Shown here: positions 17,599-26,434 of the stretch, one piece after another
Layout of the letters: the number at the start of each line of letters is the position of its first letter
Numbering within the stretch: position 1 is the stretch's first letter
NCBI GenBank assembly: GCA_038895375.1
Contig: JAWANM010000005.1
Span: 1-36,860, forward strand
Length of the DNA: 36,860 nucleotides
Reading direction: 5' to 3'
From: Candidatus Pacearchaeota archaeon
Lineage (GTDB): Archaea > Nanobdellota > Nanobdellia > Pacearchaeales > UBA284
Position numbers and translations under genes: made by a program
The notes under the pieces: generated by a model
Database searches by the model: none
The model's input: only the letters and a program-made list of their open reading frames with translations
What the model was told of the DNA's origin: nothing

Positions 17599-18795
17599 TT
17601 AGCTCTTGAGCCATTCTTCTTCTTCAGGGGCTAGCTGAAACTCTTTTACTAGCTCTGAACAGAATTTTTTGTTTTTACAAGCAATTTTCAAAAACTCAAG
17701 GTCATGCATTACCTCTTTGCTTGAAGCGTGCATTTTTTTCAATAATTTTTTAGCTATCTCTTTTTTCTTTGCCTGCTTTTGATTTGCCAACCAAATTTTT
17801 AATGGCCTTGTTGGTTGTTTGTATTTGAAAAATTCTTTTTTTTCATTTCTTTTGGCTACTGCAATTCCCTCGCTAATAAAGTCGTAAATGTAAGACAAGA
17901 AACGCCAGTGTTGTCTTTTTCTTATTCTACCTCTGTAAAGATCTGCCAGACTCAATATTTCATATGCTTTTTCAAGCTCATTTCCATGATAAACTAAAGG
18001 CAAATTTTCGTCCAGCCATAAAAAAATTTGATCAAGGTCGAGATCTACGCTATCGAAAGCATTTTTTGCTTCCTTTGTTTTAAACACTTTTTCTAGAGCT
18101 TCATAAATTTTCGTTTCTTTGTCACGAAAGCCGAGAGCTTCTAGGTCTTTATCTTCGATCTTCTTTGTGATGCTTGCTAAAATTTGTAAATCGTTTATTG
18201 CAGCTCTTGCATCGCCTTTACTCATTTCGGCAATTTTTTTCAAAACATTTGGAGAAGCCGTAACTTGCTCTTTGCTTGCAATTTTATAAAGAATTTTTGT
18301 TATCGCTACTGTATCTAGCGCTTTCAACTCTGCTTTTTCTACTTTCTTCAGCAATGGACGAAATTTTTCTTGCCAAGGGTTGTTGCATACTAAAATCATC
18401 GGCCAGGGAGCCTCGTCGATTAATTTCATCAATTCTTGTAGTCCTCCTCGATCTTCTTGTGCGGAAATTCCTTCGAGTTCGTCTACAAGAATAATTTTTC
18501 CTTTGGCAAACAAACTCTGCTGCTTCAGGGCTTTTCCTAGAATGTCTTGGATTTGCTGCTTGTTTCTAAAATCAGAAGCATTCAGCTCTAAAATTTCTAA
18601 ATTCATTTCAGAAGCAAGAGCATAAACTAAAGCGGTCTTTCCGCTTCCAGCAGGGCCATAAAGCAGGATGGCTTTTTTTCTTTGCTTTTTAAAATTTTTA
18701 ACAAAATCCAACAACTTGTTTTTGGCTTCTTCTTGATTTACTATTTCTGCAAGCCTTTTTGGCCGATACTTTTCACTCCATGGTTTTTCCGTCAT
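17599..18795 (-). CDS. rfcL: Replication factor C large subunit
   Basis: PWSEKYRP, GPAGSGKT, ELNASDFR, LVDELEG, GDARAAINDLQ, WLDENLP and RIRKRQHWR. The ATG at 18795 is preferred. Confidence 0.95.
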   Translation of the reverse strand: MTEKPWSEKYRPKRLAEIVNQEEAKNKLLDFVKNFKKQRKKAILLYGPAGSGKTALVYALASEMNLEILELNASDFRNKQQIQDILGKALKQQSLFAKGKIILVDELEGISAQEDRGGLQELMKLIDEAPWPMILVCNNPWQEKFRPLLKKVEKAELKALDTVAITKILYKIASKEQVTASPNVLKKIAEMSKGDARAAINDLQILASITKKIEDKDLEALGFRDKETKIYEALEKVFKTKEAKNAFDSVDLDLDQIFLWLDENLPLVYHGNELEKAYEILSLADLYRGRIRKRQHWRFLSYIYDFISEGIAVAKRNEKKEFFKYKQPTRPLKIWLANQKQAKKKEIAKKLLKKMHASSKEVMHDLEFLKIACKNKKFCSELVKEFQLAPEEEEWLKS

Positions 18796-19279
18796 TTTTT
18801 GCTTCAAGCTTTGGAAAGATGTTTGCAGTTTTATGCAACAATGGCCTAAAATTTTCTTTTCTTATTACTTCATTAACAACTTTTCCAACAATGAGATAGT
18901 GATCGCCAAATTTTCTTAAAAATTCTAACTTGCATTCTAAAGAAATAGGCGCTTCTTTGATAAGACAACATTTAATTTTTTTTGATTTTTCTTTTGTTAT
19001 ATTGGCTTTTTTGAATTTGTCGCTTTCTGTGCCAGAATAGCTACCACAAATTTTCGCTGCTTCCAACATCTTTTCATCACAAATGTTCAGGCCGAATTCT
19101 TTGCTTTCTTTTATATTTTTGAAAGTCAAACGTTCTTGACTTATGGCTACTGCTATGTATTTTGGTGAAAAGCTTATCGGCATAATGAAGCTTGCAGTCA
19201 TTACATTTTCTTTTCCTTCTTTGCTTATAGAAGTTATTAAAACAACAACTCTAGGCCACAGTTGCTCTGAAATTCTCAT
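18773..19279 (-). CDS. Flavin reductase-like protein (DIM6/NTAB family)
   Basis: P..VVLITS...N.M, SFSP..IAVAI, CG..SG...DKF, I.E....LEC and GDH.LIVG.V motifs. Confidence 0.9.
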   Translation of the reverse strand: MRISEQLWPRVVVLITSISKEGKENVMTASFIMPISFSPKYIAVAISQERLTFKNIKESKEFGLNICDEKMLEAAKICGSYSGTESDKFKKANITKEKSKKIKCCLIKEAPISLECKLEFLRKFGDHYLIVGKVVNEVIRKENFRPLLHKTANIFPKLEAKNDGKTME

Positions 19280-20226
19280 TTTCTAACAAAACTTGCGAGC
19301 AAAGCCTCAAGCTGAATGAATTGATCAGAACCTTCTACAAGCCTGAATTCTATTTCAGCGCATCTTTCGAGAAGTTTTATTTTATTTTCCTCGCTCAAAT
19401 TCAAGTTCCAAATTTCTTTCTGGATTGCTTTAACGATGTCGAGTCCGCTCATTCCTTGCTTTAGCATCATTTCTAGCAACAAGTTGCGTGCTTCTAAGAA
19501 CTTTCCTTCTATAGCCAAATTCAATATTTTTCTTATATCTTGCGGATTCACTTCTGCAACTATTTCGTAGATGATTTTTTCATCAATGTTTTTAGAAATG
19601 CTTGCGCATGCTTGCAAAACATTTATAACTTTTCTTAAATCGCCTTGGCTTATTTCGTAAAGCGCTTCAATAGCTTTTGGCGAAATTTTCAATTTTTCTT
19701 GTTTCGCAATCTCGAGCACCAATTTTTCGACATCTTTTTCGCTTCTTGCCTTGAATCTAAAAATAGCACATCTAGATTGTATTGGTTCTATTATTTTGCT
19801 GCTATAGTTGCATGATAGGATAAATCTACAAGTTTCCGTGAATTGCTCCATGGTTCTTCTTAAAGCTTGTTGTGCTTCTGGCGTTAATGCATCTGCTTCG
19901 TCAAGAAAAATTATTTTGAAAGGTCCTGTAAATGCTTTGGTTCTTGCAAATGCTTTAACTTTTTGTCTTATAACATCTATACCTCTTTCGTCGCTCGCAT
20001 TGAGCTCTAAAAAATTTTCACGCCATCTTTCTTTGAAAAGTTTTTTTGCAATTATTAAAGCGAGAGTTGTTTTGCCGGAGCCTGCAGGACCTGCAAAAAG
20101 AAGATGGGGCATGTTCTTTGCCGAGACAAAAGCCTTCGCTCTTTTTACAATTTCCGGCTGTCCGATAAACTGATCGAAATCTTGTGGTCTATACTTTTCG
20201 GTCCATACGCTCGTGTCTTCTTTCAT
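19276..20226 (-). CDS. rfcS: Replication factor C small subunit
   Basis: WTEKYRP, PHLLFAGPAGSGKTT, ELNASDERGID, LDEADALT, ALRRTME and IQSRC; no intein. Confidence 0.98.
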   Translation of the reverse strand: MKEDTSVWTEKYRPQDFDQFIGQPEIVKRAKAFVSAKNMPHLLFAGPAGSGKTTLALIIAKKLFKERWRENFLELNASDERGIDVIRQKVKAFARTKAFTGPFKIIFLDEADALTPEAQQALRRTMEQFTETCRFILSCNYSSKIIEPIQSRCAIFRFKARSEKDVEKLVLEIAKQEKLKISPKAIEALYEISQGDLRKVINVLQACASISKNIDEKIIYEIVAEVNPQDIRKILNLAIEGKFLEARNLLLEMMLKQGMSGLDIVKAIQKEIWNLNLSEENKIKLLERCAEIEFRLVEGSDQFIQLEALLASFVRK

Positions 20227-20299
20227 AAGAGTGAAAAGCTCGGAGTTTTTATAAATTTTTTCAATTGCAAGAAACTATCGTCGCATAGAACTTTTGAAT

Positions 20300-21103
20300 T
20301 TAAGAAAATAATTTGGAAAGCGTCATGAGCAAATAAGAAATGCCTAGTAAGATGAGAGAATGCTTTATACCGTATTTGATCGAGCCTTCGGACAATTTTC
20401 CTATTACCAAGCCGGCAAAAAATGCTTGAATAAGTATTAGATAGAAAAAAATTTTTTGGATTGTTTTTGAAGCAGTTGCAGAAGTTTGAAAACTTACCAT
20501 GCTTGGTTGCATGGCCGAGCTTATCGAAGGCAAAAATTTTAGTTGAACGAATAACATGATGGCTATAAAAATTAAGAAAATAATATAGCCTTGGACAATC
20601 ATGCCATAAACTTGAGACCTTCTTTCTTTTTTTAGTTTTTCAATTTCAGAAACGCTTTTAACCGCAGCGTCAAGGCTGGAAGCTATTTCTCCGCCAGATG
20701 TTTCTGCTTGAATAATTAGCTCTATGGTTCTCGATATTACAACGCTTTTTGTATCTTGAGCAAAATTTTTTAAGGCTATTTTCAAAGGAATTCCGAAAGA
20801 AATTTGATTTGCAAGTTTCCTAACGTAAGGAGTCAGGCTGCCAAAATCCTTGTTTGAAACAATCATTATGCTTTTGCTTATCGGAGTTCCTGCCTTAACG
20901 CTTTCCGTCAATTCTCGCATGAATTCCAAAAACTTTAGATCGAGCTCTTTACTTTTTTTTACTGCCAAAAGATAAGAGGCAATAAAAGGTAGAGCCGCTA
21001 TTGCAATGCCGAGGAATATCATCAAAGGAGCTATTTTTTTTGCAAATAGAAGACTTATTATGATGATTGCAATTCCTATGATTGTAGCTATTGTTTTCGT
21101 CAT
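20300..21103 (-). CDS. Type IV pilus / T2SS F-family platform protein (TadC/PilC-like)
   Basis: F.R.L.ES..AG, FG.LT, SGG.I and a C-terminal AFFAGLVIGKLSEG...GIKH motif, with multiple TM helices. Confidence 0.9.
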   Translation of the reverse strand: MTKTIATIIGIAIIIISLLFAKKIAPLMIFLGIAIAALPFIASYLLAVKKSKELDLKFLEFMRELTESVKAGTPISKSIMIVSNKDFGSLTPYVRKLANQISFGIPLKIALKNFAQDTKSVVISRTIELIIQAETSGGEIASSLDAAVKSVSEIEKLKKERRSQVYGMIVQGYIIFLIFIAIMLFVQLKFLPSISSAMQPSMVSFQTSATASKTIQKIFFYLILIQAFFAGLVIGKLSEGSIKYGIKHSLILLGISYLLMTLSKLFS

Positions 21104-21104
21104 T

Positions 21105-22316
21105 TTAAGTTTTTGGTTGGGTTATGTGAATAAAAATTAAAAAGAAGATGTTTAGAACGACAATGACAGCTACGCCCAAAATGGCTATGTTCGATATGCT
21201 CATTCCCATAAAGTTTGATCCGACTACGCCCATTATGGTTAGTATTAGCATGAGTATTAAAGGAGCTGCAATAAGCAAAGCGGTGTAAATGTCGGAAAGT
21301 ACGCCGACAACTTCCGAGTACTTTTGTCTTCTTAACTTGTAGTCGAGCAACAAATCTTTTGATTTTTCTTGCAAATACTTGACCAAAGAGCCTCCTGTTT
21401 TTGTTGTTGCTGCAATTCCGTTGAAAAGCTCTGCAAGCTTTTCGCTTGCGCAATTTTTTGAAACGTTTTTCAAGGCAGTTACAAGATCGTAGCCGTAAAT
21501 GTTCATCTGATTAACAACTTTTTTGCTTTCTTGCGCGAAAAAAGGATACTCTTTAACTTTTGACATAATCGGAAAGATTTTCGAAGGCTCAACATTACTG
21601 GAAGCTATAGCGGACATGTGAGAAACCGCAAAAGGAAGCTCGTCGTCTATTTTGTTTCTAAGAGCTGAAGCTGCGAGAGAAGGATAGTTTATTGTAAAAA
21701 TAAAGGTAAAAATAGAGATCGATGAAGCTATCAAAATGTTTCTTAAAAGAGTCGTAGTGCTAGAGAAAAGCACAGAAAGCACGAATCCTGTTATGAGCAC
21801 GAGAAAAGTTATTAAAAAAGTTAAGGAAATATAACTCGAGGTAAGAAAAGGCATGTTTGCTTTTTGCAAATTGCTTTTCAAGTTTTCAAAATAACCTTTC
21901 TCTATCAAGCCGAAGGCAAATTTACGAAAAAATTTTGAAGCAAAAGAAACAAAAGGAGACAATTTTTTAATTTCTTCTGTAGTTTCTTGCTTTTTGACTT
22001 TTTTTCTTATTTTTTTTAAAGCCTCTCTCTCAAGTCCGAGTTGCTTTATGAATTCTTCTTTCAATTCTTTACTAATCACGAATGTTCCGCTTGAAGTTAT
22101 AATTCTTTGATACTCTCTTTTTGGAGGCTTTTCTTCTTGTTTTAGCATGCCTGAAACAGAATCCGAGAGTATTTTCAGTTGCGCAATCAGGGACCTGATT
22201 GCTTCTTCGACAAATACTTTTTCGCTTCTGCTAACCTCAAAACTCGTAAACATAAGCAGCTCCTTTACGATTTCTTTTTCTTTTTTTATGTTTGCTATTA
22301 TCTCTTCAGTGTTCAT
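21105..22316 (-). CDS. Type IV pilus / T2SS F-family platform protein (TadB/ArlJ-like)
   Basis: L.KANMP, IDDELPFAVSHMSAIASS, G.DL.TAL and TGGSL..YL motifs, with TM helices. Confidence 0.9.
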   Translation of the reverse strand: MNTEEIIANIKKEKEIVKELLMFTSFEVSRSEKVFVEEAIRSLIAQLKILSDSVSGMLKQEEKPPKREYQRIITSSGTFVISKELKEEFIKQLGLEREALKKIRKKVKKQETTEEIKKLSPFVSFASKFFRKFAFGLIEKGYFENLKSNLQKANMPFLTSSYISLTFLITFLVLITGFVLSVLFSSTTTLLRNILIASSISIFTFIFTINYPSLAASALRNKIDDELPFAVSHMSAIASSNVEPSKIFPIMSKVKEYPFFAQESKKVVNQMNIYGYDLVTALKNVSKNCASEKLAELFNGIAATTKTGGSLVKYLQEKSKDLLLDYKLRRQKYSEVVGVLSDIYTALLIAAPLILMLILTIMGVVGSNFMGMSISNIAILGVAVIVVLNIFFLIFIHITQPKT

Positions 22317-22450
22317 TTTATTTCAGAACTTATTTCTGAAATTATTTTTTCGATTTCTTTTTGAATCTCTATTGCTTTTTTCTTATCTACTTGCACTTGT
22401 TCTTGTAAGCTGGATAATAGTTGCAACAAAAAAAGCAATTTTTCTTTCAT
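22313..22450 (-). CDS. 45-aa helical protein inside the pilus operon
   Basis: Manual translation: MKEKLLFLLQLLSSLQEQVQVDKKKAIEIQKEIEKIISEISSEIK. It overlaps both neighbours by ATGA and fills the gap exactly. Confidence 0.75.
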   Translation of the reverse strand: MKEKLLFLLQLLSSLQEQVQVDKKKAIEIQKEIEKIISEISSEIK

Positions 22451-24018
22451 TTTTCATATTCCTCTAAGACTTTATCGGGATTCTTGTAGTAATCGTTAAT
22501 AATTTTTTGCACTCTCTCAAAGCTAAATATTTTTTTCTTAAAAAGAGAATACAAAAGTTTTGTTCTTCTGTTGAATTCTTGTTCTAGCTCTTCTAGAGTA
22601 AGGCCATAGCGTTTAGAAATTTTTTCAAAAACTTTGCTTTCTTTTTTAAAATAGAAGACATCTTTCGAGGCGTCCCATTTGAATGGAATTTCTGTCATGG
22701 CTTTTCCGTCTGGCGTAACCTCTAGCACTTCAACAATTTCTCGAAGCTTTCTCAAATCTTGTTTTTTGACTTTTGCATGCTGTATTATGGCGATTACGTC
22801 CAAAGTGTTTATCAAGGTAGGGCTTAAATTTATTGGAGGAGTTTCGAGTCTTTTGATTACCGTATCGACGGAATCTGCGTGCATCGTAGAAATACTTGGA
22901 TGGCCCGAAGCCATTCCTTGAAATAACACATAAGCTTCTTTACCTCTGACTTCGCCTACAATGACATAATCTGGATTTTGTCTGAAAGATTCTTTGAGCA
23001 AGGTGAATAGATCTATTTCTCCTATGCCACCTATTCCTGATCTTGCTACAGAAGGGAGCCAGTTCTCATGCAGAAGATTTAGTTCGCGCGTGTCTTCGAT
23101 GCTAACTATCCTTGCTTCCGGAGGAATAAAAAAAGCTATGGCATTCAACAGAGTTGTTTTTCCAGATCCTGTGCCGCCAACAATCAATATGTTGCATTTG
23201 TATTGTATGAGCAGCCACAAATATGCGAGCATTTCGGGACTTAGTGTTTTTAGGGCAAGCAATTGTATAGGTGTTAAAGGAATTTTTGTGAATTTTCTTA
23301 TCGTGAAAGTTGGACCTTTGCTTGTTATGTCTGTAGTGTAGGTTGCGTTAACTCTTGAGCCATCCGGTAGAGTGCCATCGAGTAAAGGCGACGCATAAGA
23401 AACATATCTTCCACATCTTTGCGCCAGTTTTTCGACAAAACTTGCGAGTTTCTCCATGTCTGTAAACACGACGTTGGTCCTCAAATTTCTATAAAGACGA
23501 TGAACGACATAAATGTTTGAATTGACACCATTGCATTCTATGTCCTCTATAAACAAATCTTGCAAAAGAGGTTCGATTTCGTTCAAGCCGATAAAATCTC
23601 TGTAAAGATAGTAATAAATTCTTTCATAAGATTCTTTGCTTAAGCTATAGCCGAGTTCTGCTAAGACTATTTTAGCAATCTTGTCTATGTAACTCAATAT
23701 GGCTTCTTGCGATTTTTCTGCTGTAGAAATGTTTATCATTTCCGTAATTCCGACTCGCAATTCTTCAAGAACTTTTCTTTCAAAGTCGTTGAGTATAGGT
23801 TCCTCCAATTCGTAAACAACTTCATTAATTTCAGGATTCCAATAAATATGGCACGAAACGTATGGTGAAATTAAAACGTAGCGCACATTTAGTTTTGTTT
23901 TGTCTTCTACTCTTGGCAAAGAAGGGATTTGAGGGCTTAAGTTTATAGGAGGATGCTCCGGTTTTGGTACGCTGGGCATGCTTTTGAAAAATGGTTTTGG
24001 CTTTGGGACTTCTGGCAT
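22447..24018 (-). CDS. Type IV pilus / secretion ATPase (ArlI/TadA/VirB11 family)
   Basis: LPDGSRVNA, FTIRKF, GGTGSGKTT, IEDTREL, RQNPDYVIVGEVRG.EA and GH...STMHA motifs; GAGGT SD. Confidence 0.96.
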   Translation of the reverse strand: MPEVPKPKPFFKSMPSVPKPEHPPINLSPQIPSLPRVEDKTKLNVRYVLISPYVSCHIYWNPEINEVVYELEEPILNDFERKVLEELRVGITEMINISTAEKSQEAILSYIDKIAKIVLAELGYSLSKESYERIYYYLYRDFIGLNEIEPLLQDLFIEDIECNGVNSNIYVVHRLYRNLRTNVVFTDMEKLASFVEKLAQRCGRYVSYASPLLDGTLPDGSRVNATYTTDITSKGPTFTIRKFTKIPLTPIQLLALKTLSPEMLAYLWLLIQYKCNILIVGGTGSGKTTLLNAIAFFIPPEARIVSIEDTRELNLLHENWLPSVARSGIGGIGEIDLFTLLKESFRQNPDYVIVGEVRGKEAYVLFQGMASGHPSISTMHADSVDTVIKRLETPPINLSPTLINTLDVIAIIQHAKVKKQDLRKLREIVEVLEVTPDGKAMTEIPFKWDASKDVFYFKKESKVFEKISKRYGLTLEELEQEFNRRTKLLYSLFKKKIFSFERVQKIINDYYKNPDKVLEEYEK

Positions 24019-24086
24019 TTTACCTCTTTTCTTTTGAACTAAGAATGCCGTATATTTAAAGTTTTTTTAAATACTCGCCATTAAAC

Positions 24087-24251
24087 TTAAGTAGCTTTTT
24101 TTCTAGCCCATTTCAGTTTTTGTGGTTTTCTGCCAAGTTCCCAGTTTCTTCTGCACTTCTTTGAACAAAACCAGAAAACAGATCCAGAGTCTGTGACAAA
24201 AATAAGACCTTTTCCTAGTTCATAATTTTTTTTACAAAATGCGCATTTCAT
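24087..24251 (-). CDS. rpl24e: 50S ribosomal protein L24e (eL24), 54 aa
   Basis: Manual translation: MKCAFCKKNYELGKGLIFVTDSGSVFWFCSKKCRRNWELGRKPQKLKWARKKAT. Found in the conserved L7Ae-S28e-L24e order. Confidence 0.95.
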   Translation of the reverse strand: MKCAFCKKNYELGKGLIFVTDSGSVFWFCSKKCRRNWELGRKPQKLKWARKKAT

Positions 24252-24252
24252 T

Positions 24253-24549
24253 TTATATGAAAGCTCCTTTCATAACTTTGCTTTTTATTTTTCTTGCTTC
24301 TATTTCGGTTTCACGCAGCATTAAAATATCTTTCAAACGAACAGGACCTTTGACGTTTCTTCTTAGTGTTTTGCCTTTTTCAGGACCTTCTAGCAATTTG
24401 ACTTTTACTTGTGTAAGCTCGCCTCTAAAGCCTGTTCTTCCTAGAATTTCTTCTACTACAGCCGGAACAGCCTCGTGCGTAACTTTTTCCAAGCCTTTTA
24501 GCTCTCCTCCGGCCCCCTCTCTAATCTTTTGTCTTTTCTTCGAGCCCAT
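24253..24549 (-). CDS. rps28e: 30S ribosomal protein S28e (eS28) with N-terminal extension
   Basis: [20 protein letters not shown]...[23 protein letters not shown]. Confidence 0.96.
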   Translation of the reverse strand: MGSKKRQKIREGAGGELKGLEKVTHEAVPAVVEEILGRTGFRGELTQVKVKLLEGPEKGKTLRRNVKGPVRLKDILMLRETEIEARKIKSKVMKGAFI

Positions 24550-24562
24550 TTTTTAGGCCAGT

Positions 24563-24895
24563 TTATTTTTCTTTCTTGCTTTTTTCTTTTGTCTTTTTTA
24601 TTTCTTCTATGTGCTTTGCTGCATCTCCGGCATCGATTATTGCAACAGATGCACAAGCAACGCTTATTCCAGCGCTTGCTCCTAGCTTTTCTTTGCTATC
24701 TACTGTTACATAAGGAATGCCTTTTTCCTCGCACAAAACAGGCAAATGCTGCACAATCTCTTTGGGCGAGACGTTTTCGGCATAAACGACTAGTTTTGCT
24801 GTTCCACGTTCGATGGCTTTTGTTACTTCGTTGGTTCCTTTTTCTATTTTTCCTGTTTTTCTTGCAATCTCGACTATTTCGTAAGGAGAAACCAT
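24563..24895 (-). CDS. rpl7ae: 50S ribosomal protein L7Ae (eL8)
   Basis: [39 protein letters not shown] and LGAS.GI.V; GGAGGT SD. Confidence 0.97.
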   Translation of the reverse strand: MVSPYEIVEIARKTGKIEKGTNEVTKAIERGTAKLVVYAENVSPKEIVQHLPVLCEEKGIPYVTVDSKEKLGASAGISVACASVAIIDAGDAAKHIEEIKKTKEKSKKEK

Positions 24896-24898
24896 TTT

Positions 24899-24927
24899 AC
24901 CTCCTTCATCTTTTTTCGGTCATAGGT
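24899..24927 (-). promoter_or_regulatory. Putative k-turn/k-loop element overlapping the SD of rpl7ae
   Basis: mRNA reads ACCU-A-UGA-ccgaaaaaa-GAU-GA-A-GG-AGGU. ACCU pairs with AGGU, and two facing GA steps can form tandem G.A/A.G pairs after a GAU bulge. Confidence 0.6.
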
Positions 24928-25109
24928 TGAGTTTAATTAGAAAATTACAGAGAAGGAGCTTTAAAAAACTTTCTAATGCTTGTTGATCCTCTTTATTATT
25001 GTTAAAAGCAAGTTTTATGCTCTTTGCCGAAACACGATTTTAATGGTTGCAATGCTTTGCTCTTAAGATTCAATTTAGAAAAAATTTGCGATCGATTGAG
25101 CGACTGCAG

Positions 25110-26096
25110 TCAACGCCATAAAACTTCAACTTCATCTGTCCTTTCAGAAGGCTTTATGTCAACTTTTTCTATGTTCTTGCCTTCAAACTTTATTCCTGCT
25201 TTGAACATTTTTTGTCCGAGCCATGCAATCATTGCGGCATTATCCACAAGAAATTCGTTGGCAGGAATGAAGCATGCAGCTTTCCTTTCTTTACACATAA
25301 TTTTTGCCATTTCTTGCAATCTTTTGTTGCAAGCAACACCGCCTCCGAGCAACAATTCTTTTTTGTTGAGGTGAGCCATTGCACGTTCTGCAACTTCGAT
25401 AAGCATGGCAAAAGCTGTTTCTTGTAAAGAAAAGGCCAAATCCTCTAGAAGAAATTTTTTTGATTCTAGTTTTTGCTTCAAGTTTGTTAGCATTCCTGAA
25501 AAAGCTACGTCCATGCCTTTAACAGAGTAAGGCAAAAGAATAAAATTTTTTGATTTGAGTGCTAGCTTTTCGATTTCTGGAGCTCCCGGAAAGCCTATTC
25601 CTGCGTATCTCGCAAAGCTGTCTATGAAATTTCCGACGCCCATGTCGAGAGTTTCGCCAAAAATTCTGTAATAACCAGAAGCATAGCTTATCACTTGAGT
25701 ATTGGCTCCAGAGCAGTAAAGCAGAACAGGATCTTTTGCTCCTGTGGTTTCGCCTATTTCGAGATGAGCAATACAATGATTTACTGGAACAATGGGAATG
25801 CTGAGTTTTTTTGCGAGCTCTTTAGCAAGCTTCAACCCTTGCAGCAAACAAGGAGCCAAGCCAGGACCTTGCGAAAATGCAATCAAATCAATATCTTGGA
25901 GTTCAATTTTAGCCATGCGCAAAGCTTCTTCTAGCAACTTGTCTTTAACTTTTTCGTGATGCTTTGCCGCCTCGATCGGAATTATACCTCCTTTTTCTGT
26001 TGTATAGCTGTCTTTCAAGTTGCATAGAAATTTTTTTCCTTTGAGCAATGCAATTCCGAATGTGTGAGCAGTGCTTTCTATGCCCAAAACATGCAT
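25110..26096 (-). CDS. kae1: tRNA N6-threonylcarbamoyltransferase Kae1 (not fused to Bud32)
   Basis: LGIESTAHT, GGIIP.EAA.HH, FSQGPG, VNHCIAHLEIG, SGANTQ, GETLD, GGVACN and DNAAMIA motifs. ATG at 26096. Confidence 0.97.
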   Translation of the reverse strand: MHVLGIESTAHTFGIALLKGKKFLCNLKDSYTTEKGGIIPIEAAKHHEKVKDKLLEEALRMAKIELQDIDLIAFSQGPGLAPCLLQGLKLAKELAKKLSIPIVPVNHCIAHLEIGETTGAKDPVLLYCSGANTQVISYASGYYRIFGETLDMGVGNFIDSFARYAGIGFPGAPEIEKLALKSKNFILLPYSVKGMDVAFSGMLTNLKQKLESKKFLLEDLAFSLQETAFAMLIEVAERAMAHLNKKELLLGGGVACNKRLQEMAKIMCKERKAACFIPANEFLVDNAAMIAWLGQKMFKAGIKFEGKNIEKVDIKPSERTDEVEVLWR

Positions 26097-26244
26097 TTTT
26101 CTTTTCAATTATTTGTTAATATTTAAATTTTATTCGAAATAGTCAGCAATAAAAGCTGGCCTTCAAGCTTTAATTGCTAACGCACCAAACTAGCAAGAAA
26201 AAATTATTTTTAAAAAAAGAAAAAAGAAAAAGAGAAACTAAAAT

Positions 26245-26373
26245 TCATTTCTTTTTCTTTTTCTTTCTTCCGCCACGAGCCATCTTTGCTTCACAGACGT
26301 TGCCTTTTGCGTCGACGTAGTACAAGTATCCTGGTTTTCTCTTTACAGCATTCTTGATGAGAATTTTTCCCAT
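26245..26373 (-). CDS. CC1-like small basic DNA-binding/chromatin protein, 42 aa
   Basis: Manual translation: MGKILIKNAVKRKPGYLYYVDAKGNVCEAKMARGGRKKKKKK. The 'R..GYLY.VD..G.V..AKMAR' pattern resembles Thermoproteales CC1. Strong GGAGGT SD and its own TATA. Confidence 0.8.
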   Translation of the reverse strand: MGKILIKNAVKRKPGYLYYVDAKGNVCEAKMARGGRKKKKKK

Positions 26374-26434
26374 TCTTTACCTCCTTTTTAAATTTAAATT
26401 GATAGTTTAAAGCTGAACTTATATTTAAATCTTT

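Noticed and set aside
24053-24073. Inverted repeat tatttaaa-n5-tttaaata as a dif/Xer site
   Set aside because: It is short and AT-only, coincides with the pilus-operon TATA box, and does not fit the 11-6-11 dif layout.
24906-24923. Mini-ORF MTEKR* upstream of rpl7ae
   Set aside because: Its AUGA elements are better explained as the GA steps of the k-loop, and it has no SD of its own.
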